Source: Trichoplax sp. H2
Lineage: Eukaryota
Length of the DNA: 64,000 nucleotides
Assembly: GCA_003344405.1 (NCBI GenBank)
Contig: NOWV01000265.1
Coordinates: 1 to 64,000 of the forward strand
Reading direction: 5' to 3'
Of the stretch, positions 26,724-50,612 are shown piece by piece. The position numbers were made by a program, and so were the translations under genes. The notes below the pieces were generated by a model. That model did no database searches. It saw nothing but the letters and a program-made list of their open reading frames with translations, and was not told the origin of the DNA. Within the stretch, counting starts at the first letter, position 1. The number at the start of each line of letters is the position of its first letter.

Positions 26724-29182
26724 ATGGACTATTATGGATATGAATTTGACTCTCACGTGAAGTATTGTTGTCCTGCTGTTGGATGTGCATGCACTGGATT
26801 AGAGTGAAAATGACGATCAATATATACCACGATGTTTTATTCAATGCTATTAGTTTATGTTTTTAAGATAAAATTTGTGTATTCATACTCACCAGATAAA
26901 AAATTATGAAAAATAACTTACAAAATTGCAATTAATTCTTATCTTCTTTCATGCCATAACTTTGTATATTATGGTAGATCATTGTATAGAACATATTTTG
27001 AAATACATTCATTACCTTTAAAAGCCTCTACATGTTAATAGGTTATATACAATATTGCTACATTAGTACTGTATCATATATTGAGTAGCACTTGAACGAT
27101 GAGTGATATGCTAATAATATTATTTTTGTTACTTATTGGGGTGATAGATTTGGAATATTCACGACAACTCTTTATTCGTACACGCACATCTTAATCCTCT
27201 ATGATGACGACTTTACCGTAAAAACTACAGATGTGTATGCATGTTTGTGTATAGTCTGCGTCTATAGAATTAAAAGCGATGACATAAATTATTGGTATGG
27301 AAATGAAGGATTATGAAATTTTAGTCAACTAGACGCTAAAATTACAGTATCCGAGCGTATGATAGTCTATTGACTTAAAAAAAATTTATGTTCTGAAACA
27401 TAACCAGTGCAATGTGGCGTAATGTATGAGATGATTAATAAAAATGTTTAGTGTGTGATCATCCTATGCAATCTTCAAACGTATTCTTGTAAAAATGGCA
27501 TAAATTATTAGAATAGAAATGAAAGATTACATAATGCTGATTAATTACACATTATAATTAAACTAAAAGTATATACATCATTAATCTGTTTATGTAGAAG
27601 TCCTCATGTTACGATTTGAGCTGCCTAGCCTTATTACATGCAATATTGATATCGATAAAATAGAGTTAATTTAGATCATATGGTATAATCAATCACTTGT
27701 ATTACACTGTACGTGTATGTTTAAGATGATTACATACGCGTATATATATACGAGTATTATTATGCTTCGGCCGCCTAGACTAAAATATGCATACGAGTAT
27801 AGTTGTATGTCGCGGAGGTCTCTCAAAAATACTAAGCGTAGGTATAGCCATAACAATAAGAAAAGACTACTTATACAAACATGAATAATGTTACAATAGA
27901 TAGATAGCATATGTAGATATTATATATTTTTAGGGATGGAAAGTTTGAAAGCTTATGGTAAACATGTTTTAACCTTATGATAGAACGATTCCATCCATTT
28001 AATTGTGCAAGTTACCGATCAAAGCACAATGGTTTCTATCTGGAATTCTTCTAGTAAATACGGTACTAATCTCAACAAACAGCTCAGAACCTACCACGTC
28101 TGCAGCTTAAAGTACAAACCCAAACAACTTTTTAAGACTCATTTAACAGGCTCTAAAAGCCTGTGAAACATTACTTCCTAAAGCACATAGTAACTTTCTT
28201 TGTATTTACATGCATTACCTACGAAATCATTCGCTACTGACTTACTGTACAGACGGAACGTTAAATACCTACAAGAGTTCAGTAAATCCAAGTAAACGAA
28301 TCACCTTTACTTTTTTTTTGCAAAGCGATAGTTGGTAAGATATTTATTTACGCAATAGTCTTAGAATCTGAGTATTAATTGCATGAATTTCATGTAAATC
28401 ATAGGAGACAGGGCAGTCCGAAGATCAATACGTATATGGTTGTAACCTCAACAAGCTAATAAATTAATTTCATTACTTTGTCAAACGACAATTTTCGATC
28501 TTATCAATATTCAGGGTACAAGAGTAGATAGAATAGAATTGTAATAAACGAATTAATCCTTAATTGGCAACTTCTAAGATTGGTACGTTAGCTAAAAATT
28601 TGTTTAATATGTGTCAATAATATGATATATGTAGTTATAGAGTGATAGTACTTAGTACTGTTCGAAATTTCATGAGTTAGCAAGTAAAGCAATAGTTTAT
28701 GCTCTGGCTTTCCAGTTGAAAGATATTATAGCTTTACAATCATTGCCATAAATTCTTCATGATAATAGAGTATAATAAGATTATTAATGAATGCGTTAAA
28801 ATACAATTGTGCATGTGCAAGAAAATAGCTTAAAAATCAATTTTGAATATAGATTAGTGATTTCTTCGGAAACATTACCAATAAAACCATGATAGCAAGG
28901 ATAAATTGTCAAACAACTAAATAGCGACGAGAAAGACAATGATGATTTCGACCAAAATAAGAGGGAACGTTGTAATCATCAATTTCGCGAATTAAAGTAT
29001 AATATCATAACCACTTTTATAGATCGCGATTTGTATACCAACCACCAAATTGCGAATTACTGCAGGGAAGATATCGTGACCTTACCAATTACTAACAATG
29101 GCTGCAGTTGACATAATAGAAAGTAACAAACTGTATAATTTCTAAAATGACACAGATATAAAAATAGGATACAATTTTTTCT

Positions 29183-32915
<3,733 letters not shown>

Positions 32916-35269
32916 GATGAATCCTCGCACTATGATATCTTCGGATACGTTTTCCCACTCCACAGCCAAATAATCTCAACTTGATTTTGCTATAAGCGTA
33001 CGATCATATCAAAAAGCAGAAAGACGAATCTAAGATAGAGTTAGGTAGCATACTGTACGCGTACATACAGTTAAATTCTTCATATGGAAAAGTTATTGTG
33101 GATTCAGTTTCACAGTTTATTTCATAAACTTATAAAAACTTTGGTGAAGAACTGGAATTGTTGATATCAGACTGGATCAATGGGAACTACAGCACAGTAC
33201 TGTAGTGTGCATAAATAGCAGACTAAAGCAGAATGATTTCCATTTTATAATATTAGTATTAGTACATTATAAAAAAACAGGATTTGTTTTTTGGTCTTAT
33301 TGTCATGAATTGACTAATAGAACCTTCTATCTATTAGGTGCTCGTGTTAGCTTGACTGAGTGGACGTTTTAAATGTATTATAAAGGTAATATTTGTGGAT
33401 TACAGCATTGGCTGGTAGACGCAGAATATGGTAGCACCAAGCAGGAACATTTAATTTTCTACCCGCCGATCTTCTCCTTTGAACTAATCAGAGTTTTCCC
33501 AATGTTGTATATGTATCACTATCAATAATTGATGAATATTTAATTTATCGGTCTATTAACCTATACAATTATTCGAATACACGCATGTAAAGCATAATGG
33601 GAATAGGTGTAATACAGCAATAAGATTTAAGATCGAAATGTATGCATTCCGTACAGTCTTGTGACCATCATTATGTTCACAGGGCTGTCAATGTCTGAGA
33701 GCATATAGATCTAGGTCTTAATAAATGATGACGCACAAGATTACATTGCAATGAACAGTTTTGGTAGCCGATGGAGTCCATTGTGGTCTTGTGGATAAGG
33801 GTACGAGTCATTTGAGCTCTTGTTCTATTGGTAGTTTGAAGATAAACTTCCATGTTTTAACATTACTCCGAAAAGATTAGCTACATAATAGGAAAATCAA
33901 AGGCATGACAACGGCAGTAACTTCTAAAAGGGTAAAGCGTCAAGAGATCAACTGGTATGAATGTCTTCAAATAGAAGCAAACTAAGATTATCGTACTGCA
34001 TTGATCCGCCAAGACTGCTAGTTGACAAGTCTACTTTTTATGGCTAGATTTGACGTCTGCTATGCTCTGTGTATGTAGGAGAGAAGTTGTCAAAGTCTAA
34101 AAATTGATTTTCGATAGCGCTAGTCAGAAGTAGGGGGGTATAGGCGATCATTTCTACCGATGATAACATAAATGTATCAACAAGCTACAGATTGACCAGC
34201 ACTGGCCAATGTATAAAACTACTCTGATGCGAGTGAGGAAAAGTAGTCATTCGATCATGGCCATGAGATTGGTAGTACCAAATTGAATGGTCAAGGTCCT
34301 TACTCTACTGTATAACCGATTGTCGTTATAATATATGGATTGTGCTCGATTGATCGATTTGTATTGTACAGGCTTTGATGCTACTGTACGCTGCTGAAAT
34401 TTAAGATGTTGCCATGGAAAAAGATTTGTACTGGCATGTCAACTTCTCCTATCCAAACATCATGACTGTATTAGAGTAAATGAATTTTTAGTCGTCGAAA
34501 GATTGAATCATAATAAGAGCATGCTACCATTGCTCCCCGTAGAATGGGATAGCGATCGATGCAATAAGGGTAGCTTTAGAGTAAGACAGCTATTTTGTTA
34601 AGTATATCATTAAGGGATATATAATTTATAATCCTTTCTGCCACAATCGATTAACAAGTGTGATCGATTACAATAGAAAACCAAACCAGCGATATTTGAG
34701 ATTGGAACTGATGTTATTTGGTAAGTTATCATGGTGTTTTTGACAGGTTGAATTTTTCAAGCATTTAGTAGGAGGAGTAGAAATAGAATGATATGTACAG
34801 TATAGGCGATTTCAATAGGTACTACCCGCTACAATCAACAACCCTGTCTAAGCGAAATGCTTTCATCAAAGTCAATGAAGGATCTCGATTTTAAGTGAAA
34901 GACTTTCAGAGTCAACTACAGTACTGTAAGATGGCGAGCGCCTGCAGTATTATAGACGGTATCATTTGTAGAATGAGTCAATGCATCATCCTGCAAGGAA
35001 GCTTTAGTCCATGATTCTGATTTTATCCATCCAACACAATCCTTCCTATTAGCTATATCAAGGCAGCCATTTTCACTTGGTCATGACATCAACTAGGGAA
35101 AGAATCCCCTACTTGCCTCGTCAGTCTGATCAAGGTACAAGGCATCGACAGTGAAAAATGTCCTACTAGCCCTTAGGGGCTATCCTACATCCAAGTCGCA
35201 CGATAGACTACCGCTTTGACTACGATGCTGTACCCAAACAAGTATACTTTCAAGATGATGTCATCAGTC

Positions 35270-35995
35270 CACGTCTCCTCCACTACACTCCATGCATATC
35301 CAAGGCAGTGAAAATAGAAACTAAATCTTTTTTAGCCATTCTAATGAATGTCTGAGAGAGAGATTCAGTTCACCGTTGCAATCGCACTTGCGATCGATCA
35401 TGGATCATCTACACTATCCTCCACCTACAGTCCATGACTATAGCAGCCAGTGAAAATAGAAAACAACTCTTTTCTATCCATGTCAAGATAGTCTAAAAGA
35501 GAGAGATTCAGTTCACCATTGCGATTGCACTTGCAATCGATGATGGATCATCTACACTCTCCTCCACCTACAGTCCATGACTACAGCAGCCAGTGAAAAT
35601 AGAAAACAATTCTTTTCTATCCATGTCAAGATAGTCTAAGAGAGAGATTCAGTTCACCATTGCGATTGCACTTGCAATCGATGATGGATTATCTACTATC
35701 TATCTTCCACTACACTCCATGACTATAGCAGCCAGTGAAAATAGAAAACAACTCTTTTCTATCCATGTCAAGATAGTCTGAGAGAGAGATTCAGTTCACC
35801 ATTGCGATTGCACTTGCAATCGATGATGGATTATCTACATTATCTATCCTCCACTACACTCCATGACTATAGCAGCCAGTGAAAATAGAAAACAACTCTT
35901 TTCTATCCATGTCAAGATAGTCTAAAAGAGAGATGGAATCCACCATTGCGATCGCAGTTGCAATCGATGATGGATCATCTACACTATCTTCATAA
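35270..35995. repeat. ~142-bp tandem repeat, 5 units
   Basis: GTGAAAATAGAAA recurs at ~35308, 35450, 35593, 35735 and 35879. Confidence 0.95.
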
Positions 35996-36399
35996 CGCAT
36001 TGGCTATCGCTACATCAGATTGATGACAAGCAAAACAACATTCTACTCACAAGGAATTGGTCGCTGTCGATGGATGAAGATTGGCTTTGCAAAGTAAAAC
36101 GCTCCGGCCCAGCAGCCGTCTTTACCACTTGTGGTAGTCCCTGCCTTGACTCTACAGTACCACCCAATTGTTCACCAAGGGTCGATCGCTTTGTGCCGCT
36201 TGAGTGTGCGTAGTATGGACTTGTGACCTCCAGTAGACCGTCAACACACGAACCACCAGAACCACAGCAACGCGCGAAGGCCATCGCTACCGCCAACCTA
36301 TTCGCCACTCTGTCTGATTCAGTTCTGCCAGATACATGCGTTAGTATGAAATCTGCAATCACAATCGTGTGTAACAAGTCTGACTAGAGGCGATATAGA

Positions 36400-36590
36400 C
36401 GTACACTGGACTGGACTGGACCGGACTAGACTGGACCGGACCAAGCGACTACTCAACAATGAGTCAACATACAGTACTGTACAGTATAGAGACACATAGT
36501 GAACTAAACCGGACTGGTCTGGTCTGATCTGGACTGGACTGGGCTGGACTGGACTGGGCTGGACTGGGCTGGACTGGACTAGACTGGAAT
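36400..36590. repeat. (GGACT)n pentanucleotide microsatellite, followed by a CAGTA tract extending to ~36960
   Basis: ctggactggactgggctggact... runs. Confidence 0.9.
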
Positions 36591-37177
36591 GCAATGCACC
36601 AAGGACTACGCAATACGGTGTACTGTACAGTGTACAGTGCACAGTGCACAGCATCAATCTGTCATACTGTACAGTGTACAGTACAGTACTGTAGTGTCTC
36701 ATAAATCTATCCCGGAGATTGAAATGATATGAAAACGCAATCAACCAATAAGAAAACTTTATTAGACAAATTTGCTATCAGTCCATTGGAAATAAGACGC
36801 TCTATGTGAATATGCCATTGAAATGGATATAAAGTGTGTAAAGTTGCTATAATTAGCACTGAAAGTCAAAAATACCGATGTCAATTCTTGCCTTTTTCTA
36901 CAGTACAGTACTATACATTGTAATGTACAGTACTGTATTCTGTTCCTTACAGTACTATTACGGCGGTACTCTGCGAGACCATCAACCTCCACAGTCCACA
37001 GTCCAGATACTGGACATGACGTAATTAAAACTGGAAAATTTCTCGAAAATTGAGCACCGACTCCAAGTCACCAAGCTCTCAAGTGAAAATAGTCGGCCAA
37101 TTTTAGAAGAAAAAAAGCTCATCGCTCCCCTGAATCAGTACATCCCCCCAGTCAACTTTTACTTTACTTGAGAGATC

Positions 37178-37412
37178 CCTGAGCAAAGTACCAACACTTG
37201 CAGAGGTCTGCATTCCATCCTGTTCCATAGTACAGTTGGATACGGTATACTCGTCCAGTCATGATCAACTATCAGCCGCTTTGCTTTTACTGTGCCTGAG
37301 CAAAGTACCAACACTTGCAGAGGTCTGCATTCCATCCTGTTCCATAGTACAGTTGGATACGGTATACTCGTCCAGTCATGATCAACTATCAGCCGCTTTG
37401 CTTTTACTGTGC
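37178..37412. repeat. Perfect 117-bp direct tandem duplication
   Basis: cctgagcaaagtacc...cttttactgtg starts at 37178 and again at 37295. Confidence 0.95.
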
Positions 37413-38471
37413 ACTATAGGCTGCTATCATTGACAAGATGTCAATTCGTTATTTCAATAGACGAACTGTAGCTTTAGCTGGAGAAATTCAATTTTAATCA
37501 ATTTATCTCAATCTCAGTAACTATTCTCCATGATGCCATTCAAGTAATGCATTAAATTAACTTTTTTAATGAATGAATGAATGAATGACTCACCGTGCCA
37601 GTCTTGAAAATATATGTCGAAAAATCATCAAAACGCGTCTATCAATTTTCAGCCAATTCTCAAGATCGAGTCTTGATATCTAGAACTAGGCGCATAGCAA
37701 TCGATACGTAGTATAAACATCAAGTAAAGGTTAATATCAATTAAAGACAGACTAAATGTTTGTGGTGCCATTATTACTCCCTATTCCATAAGACTATACT
37801 ACAATAAAACAGGTAACCCCTTTCGAAGAAAAAAAGAATCAAGATTCTCTCATACTATCATTGCTATTGCCAAAATATAATCAATTTTATTGGTGACACG
37901 CGTAAGAAATCAACTAGAGCCATCGACTCCTATGCATTTCCAAGATATTCCAGTCAGGGCCATTATCATTGATAAATTCGTATCATCATTCAAAAATAAA
38001 AGGACTGATCATAATGCATCGGTGCTAATATTAGACTGATTTATCAAAGCAGTGTCAACCACATTAGCTATATCATATACAAAATTTGATCGATAAGGCA
38101 TCTGTAATTCTTGTCATTTTATTCATTCACCTCTTGTAGTAGTCTTAGCTATACTATCAATATATTCATACGATATACAGAATTGGCCGTCAGGCAGAAA
38201 TACTGTAGGCAACATCGACACCAATGGATAATTAACTCTTGTAACCAATACCCTAGCGATAACTTGCGTAGATAACCGTAATATACATTTATATGCCCAA
38301 GATGAATCATTTTGCATTATAATACTAAATGAATACACCAATAACTCTGTTTTAATCATACAGGCATAATAACTAGGAATGCGATAAATGTGCTAAAAAT
38401 CGTCTTCTATTTATGTCCGGGTAAAAAAGTTAATCATTCCATAGCTCTACTAATTCTTATAAAAGTGCAAG

Positions 38472-42021
<3,550 letters not shown>

Positions 42022-43149
42022 CTGTAATAACGAAAGCAGGATTGACGAAGTTGAGATCGACGCAAGCTAATGATTAGGGAATTTGCTATATTACTAAGTT
42101 AATTATTATCCATCCATTATTAATGTTTATTTTTCATACCTTGCATCAGATTTAGCTTATTTAGTCGATTAATTGAACAATTTTTATTATTTACATAAAA
42201 TTATAAGTCGATTGGAAGATGGTGAAATTATTATTCACTGGCATACGGCACAAGTGTTGGACACAGATATCAATTCGCTTTATTTGGGTGAGCAAGTAGA
42301 ATTCTATAAGATTTTCATGTGGAATAAAGTACGTGTATAACTCAAAGTAGATTTTTGAGCACAAAGTCGTCAGCATAGAAGCAATAACCAGCTCTAATTT
42401 TTTTTACAAGTTTTAACTGTACTACGCGTATGTTGTTTAAAAGAGAGCGTTGATGAATCTTATTGCAGTAATATTATAAATCCCTTAATTAATTTATAAT
42501 TATATCTTGTAATACCAGTATCAATAGTACGTCTATTGATATGATTCGATTAAGATTGTCTTCTCATCGCTTGCCTAATACTCGCAGATTAGAGAATATT
42601 GTCAAGATCGAATATTCTTACCTACCTCAGTTACTGATAGACACTTTACCAATGTCTTACGAAATTAGTTGACAGTTATATGAATGCAGGGGTAGTAGAT
42701 TTACTATCAGATGTTAAATCTGCCTGGCAATATCGTGGATAATTAACATAGTATGACAGCGTAGGAAAAATTCTCATTCTATTCATTTTTTACGGCATAC
42801 TGTAGTACTGTAGTGCAGAAAAATCACAATTGATCTAAAAAATAATATAGAATGATCATAATACCGGAGGGTTGATAAGACCGATGATATATATTACTAT
42901 TATTATTCCAATTGCTATGCATCAACGTAGATATGGGTCAAAATTTTACTACCTTTACGGACTACTAGAAGACCTTGACAGTGTAGACAGCATTGCAATT
43001 TCCCTACTAGATCGATTTCCAAGTACGTTATGATAGCGTAACCGCCTTTGTAAAGTACGATAGAAGGAGTTTCCTTCAACGTACCGTTTAGAAGTTATAC
43101 AGTATTGCTTGATGAATGCATCGATAAATCGCAGGTGATTTTATTGCAA

Positions 43150-43775
43150 TCTACATCATTCTTCCTTTCTACTCTGGAAATACTACGACTATGTTCTTCA
43201 CTCATCGATGTGTTCACTTAATATGGTCTAAATCTACGCGTATACACTTATGTAAACCGTTGTTGGCAAGCTCACCGAGGTCATTGAAAGTCTACTCTGA
43301 TGGCATTAACTACTTCGTTATTGGTCATTTCTACAACGACTGCATCAAAATCGAAAGCGCAGCGTTCTATTTTTTATATCATTCTTCTTGACTCGATAAA
43401 TACGACGACAATGTTCATCGAGTGCTAATTTAGTATGCTGTTAGTTTATAGGTAACTTATTTGCTAGCAAGTTTACGGCGGTCGTTAGAAAGTCCACTCT
43501 AATGGCGTTTTACTACTTTCTACAACTATCGCATCAAAATCAAGAGCAGTGTTATATTTCCGACATCATTCTTCTTGACTCAGGAAATACTACAACAATG
43601 CTTTTCACTTCTTGATGTATTAATTTAATATGCTCTAGTCTAGATATATATAAACCATGGTCGGCAAGTTCAGCGAGGTCATTATATAAGTCTACTGTCA
43701 TGGCTTTAACTACTTTGTTATGAGTTATTTTCACAACGACTGCATCAAAATCAAGAGGGTAGTGTAATATCTCCG
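43150..43775. repeat. Degenerate ~200-bp tandem triplication
   Basis: Shared words gcatcaaaatc (~43342, 43531, 43742) and atcattcttc (~43156, 43378, 43565). Confidence 0.75.
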
Positions 43776-44339
43776 CTATCTTACCTCTTTCATCATTAGT
43801 TTGATATTTTATGCTTCGTGCTGGACCATTTAGAATTCAATCCAAAAAAAAGAGGAGCGTATGGTTGGCTACCACTAAGGCCAGCGGAAACTCTACCGAG
43901 CGTCGTGTCGTCGTTTTAACTCCTTTCCAAGATTAACCGCCGCCGATGCTAACCTATGTATGTAAACTGTCGATTCTAAATATTGACAAGTGCCACAACG
44001 ACTGTACTCTAATTGCAAAGAGATTCTTTTTCTCTTCTCAATGTTCTAGTGGACTAATAGATCTCAGCAAGTTCATTAAGTTTGCAGTAGATATCATGGG
44101 TTGAAATATGTTTACTAATTATATAATGATTATTATTTGCGAGCAATGCATACTGTGCAGTACTGTGCAGTGCCATGAGCTGGTTGTCTATATAGGTTAA
44201 GCTTTGGGGTTGTCCAGTCTACGTACGGACATACGGATAATTAGCCTAATGATGGCGATAGGAGCGATGGCGCCCATAAGAGCTATATCACTTTACTATT
44301 GTACGCGTAGGACTGCATGGAAGATTCAAAGGGAAAAGC

Positions 44340-44955
44340 TATCATGGCAATAATTCAATTCTTTAATTCATTAACTAACTAAATAAATAAATTCCAAGCT
44401 TTGAAATTGTCATAACGAATGCAGCAGCTATTCAAAAGAATTCTTTTTCTCCTCTAGGGATATGGTGTGGGCCCCAAATGAGCTTAAGATCGAATTACAA
44501 GATAGCGCAAAACTAGTTCAAGTTGTGCAAGCTATCATGAAAAAAAATTATCATGGCAATAATTCAATTCTTTAATTCATTAACTAACTAAATAGATAAA
44601 TTCCAAGCTTTGAAATCGTCATAACGAATGGAGCAGCTATTCAAAAGAATTCTTGTTCTCCTCTAGGGATATGGTGTGGGCCCCAAATGAGCTTAAGATC
44701 GAATTACAAGATAGCGCCAAAGTAGTTCAAGTCGTGCAAGCGATCATAGAAAAAAATTATCATGGCAATAATTCAATTCTTTAATTCATTAACTAACTAA
44801 ATACATAAATTCCAAGCTTTGAAATCGTCATAACGAATGGAGCAGCCATTTAAAAGAATTCTTTTACCCTCTGATACTGTAGGGATATGATGTGGGCCCC
44901 AAATGAGCTTAAGATCAAATTACAAGATAGCGCCAAGATAGTTCAAGTTGTGCAT
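44340..44955. repeat. ~210-bp tandem repeat, 3 units
   Basis: atcatggcaataattcaattctttaattcattaactaactaaat at ~44341, 44550 and 44759. Confidence 0.95.
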
Positions 44956-46746
44956 TGCAGTATAAGGTAGTCTAATTTTATGGAGTCAAGTTTTATAGGA
45001 AATACAAGTTGATATCTGAATAGTTTGAAGATATTTTATCGCAAGGAATTAATTAATTTGAAGAGGGAATGGCTCCCTGTGCAATACGGCATATACGGTA
45101 GATAAAAAAAAAATGGGAAATACTGCTGTAGTTTGTTATTATTTGTTGCTTGGCGTGAAGGAACCCATTTCTGCACAATCGGGATTTAGGGACTATTTCA
45201 GCATAGACCTGGATAAAAGTCAACTAAAGCTACCTACAATTTCAATTTTCTTCTTTTGAATCTGCAAAGCTTCGATCTTGATCGTTCTAAATCAGGTGGA
45301 ATTTCTTTTACTAAGCTACTAAATGGAGTACATTAAATTGGGCGAAAACTTGAATCCGTTATCGCATGAAATTTCACTTCATTTCCATTACAGATTTAAA
45401 GTAAAAAGAAGTACTATAAAGATGAAGCGTGGATAAATTTACTTCATAATTAATCCAATCACAATTCCAATGGCATTATATCTCTAAGGCAGTTTGCAAC
45501 AATGCTAATCGCGTAAAACATCATCTACAGCTAGGATTGTTCTCTTATATTGATCTCATTCATCCGCCATAATTGTAGATCCTAATAACGTAGGAACTGT
45601 GCTAATTTTTAATTCGTTTATCACATCGAATTTTCAGTCAAATTTCTGTTACAGATTTAAAGTAAATAGAAGTACTATGAAGATTGGGCAGGTATAAGTT
45701 TGCTTGATAATTCAAAACTTAATCAAAAACTCCGATGAATTTATGCCTTTAAGCCTGAATAAAAAGTCAACTAAGGCTAATAGAATTGCAATTTTCTCCA
45801 TTAAATCTGCAAAGCTCCACGCTTGATAGTTATAAATCAGGTGGAATTTTTGAACTATTAAATTTGAATACATGAAATTTTTCGAAAACTCTATCTATTA
45901 CCACATTGAGTTTTCTGTTACAGATTCAAAGTAAATAGAAGTGCTATGTGAAGGTCTATAAGGATTGGACAAGTACAATGAGTTTGCTTCATAATTCGAA
46001 ATTCAATCTCAATTCCAATAAAATTATGTTTTTGAGGGAGTTTCCATGCTAATCACGTAAAGCATCAGCTACATCTAGGATTATTCTCTTACATACAGTA
46101 TAATTAATCCGTTCACTACAATTACAGATAGCGTAGGATCTCCACTATTATATAATTTTTAAAATATGAACTGATTTTCCATGACCAACTGAAAATGATA
46201 AAATAATGCCCAACGATACTTTCATAAGTTTTCACTTTAATGTGAACAGCTACAATGTTATTAAACAATATAAATTGGCTTTATTTTCAACATTATAAAT
46301 AATTTAAGCTCCATACTTGCATTTAGGCAAAATGATAAATAATTAGACAATCAAGAATTAGCTCAATAATTTAAAAATCAGTTGTAGCGCAGTAGGGCTT
46401 TCTATAATTATGAACTTCTTAAAGATTTCCGAACTAGATTGATTGAACTACTAAGTAAAGCCAGTAGAGCCTGCACTCAGGCCACAACAAGTATCTACAT
46501 CGATCTGTAGTTGGCTTTCAAGACAAGAAAACAAAAATTATACAGTTAAGTGCTTGCTTTCGCGAGTAAACGTGCAATTTTGCTTTAAATAGTAGTGAGA
46601 TCAGCAATCGTCATGAAGCTAAAAAAAGTTGTCTTCCTCTTACCTCCAAGCAAGAGTTCATCTGCTAACCGCCTTATTATTTCTTTTAAAATAAAGCGCT
46701 CGATATCCATAATGCTCCATCCTCTGTTAATTTATTTTCTGAGACG

Positions 46747-50612
<3,866 letters not shown>

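Noticed and set aside
35270..35995. CRISPR-like appearance of regularly spaced palindromic repeats
   Set aside because: Whole units are repeated, with no unique spacers. The context is eukaryotic and there are no cas genes.
36015..36992. Overlapping minus-strand ORFs of 61-141 aa
   Set aside because: They derive from microsatellites and GC-richer putative 5'-UTR sequence, with no protein motif.
42139..42146. ATGCAAG|gtat upstream of both pseudokinases (also ~51071-51078) as the start exon
   Set aside because: The donor is phase 1 but the next exon needs phase 0, so the start remains unresolved.
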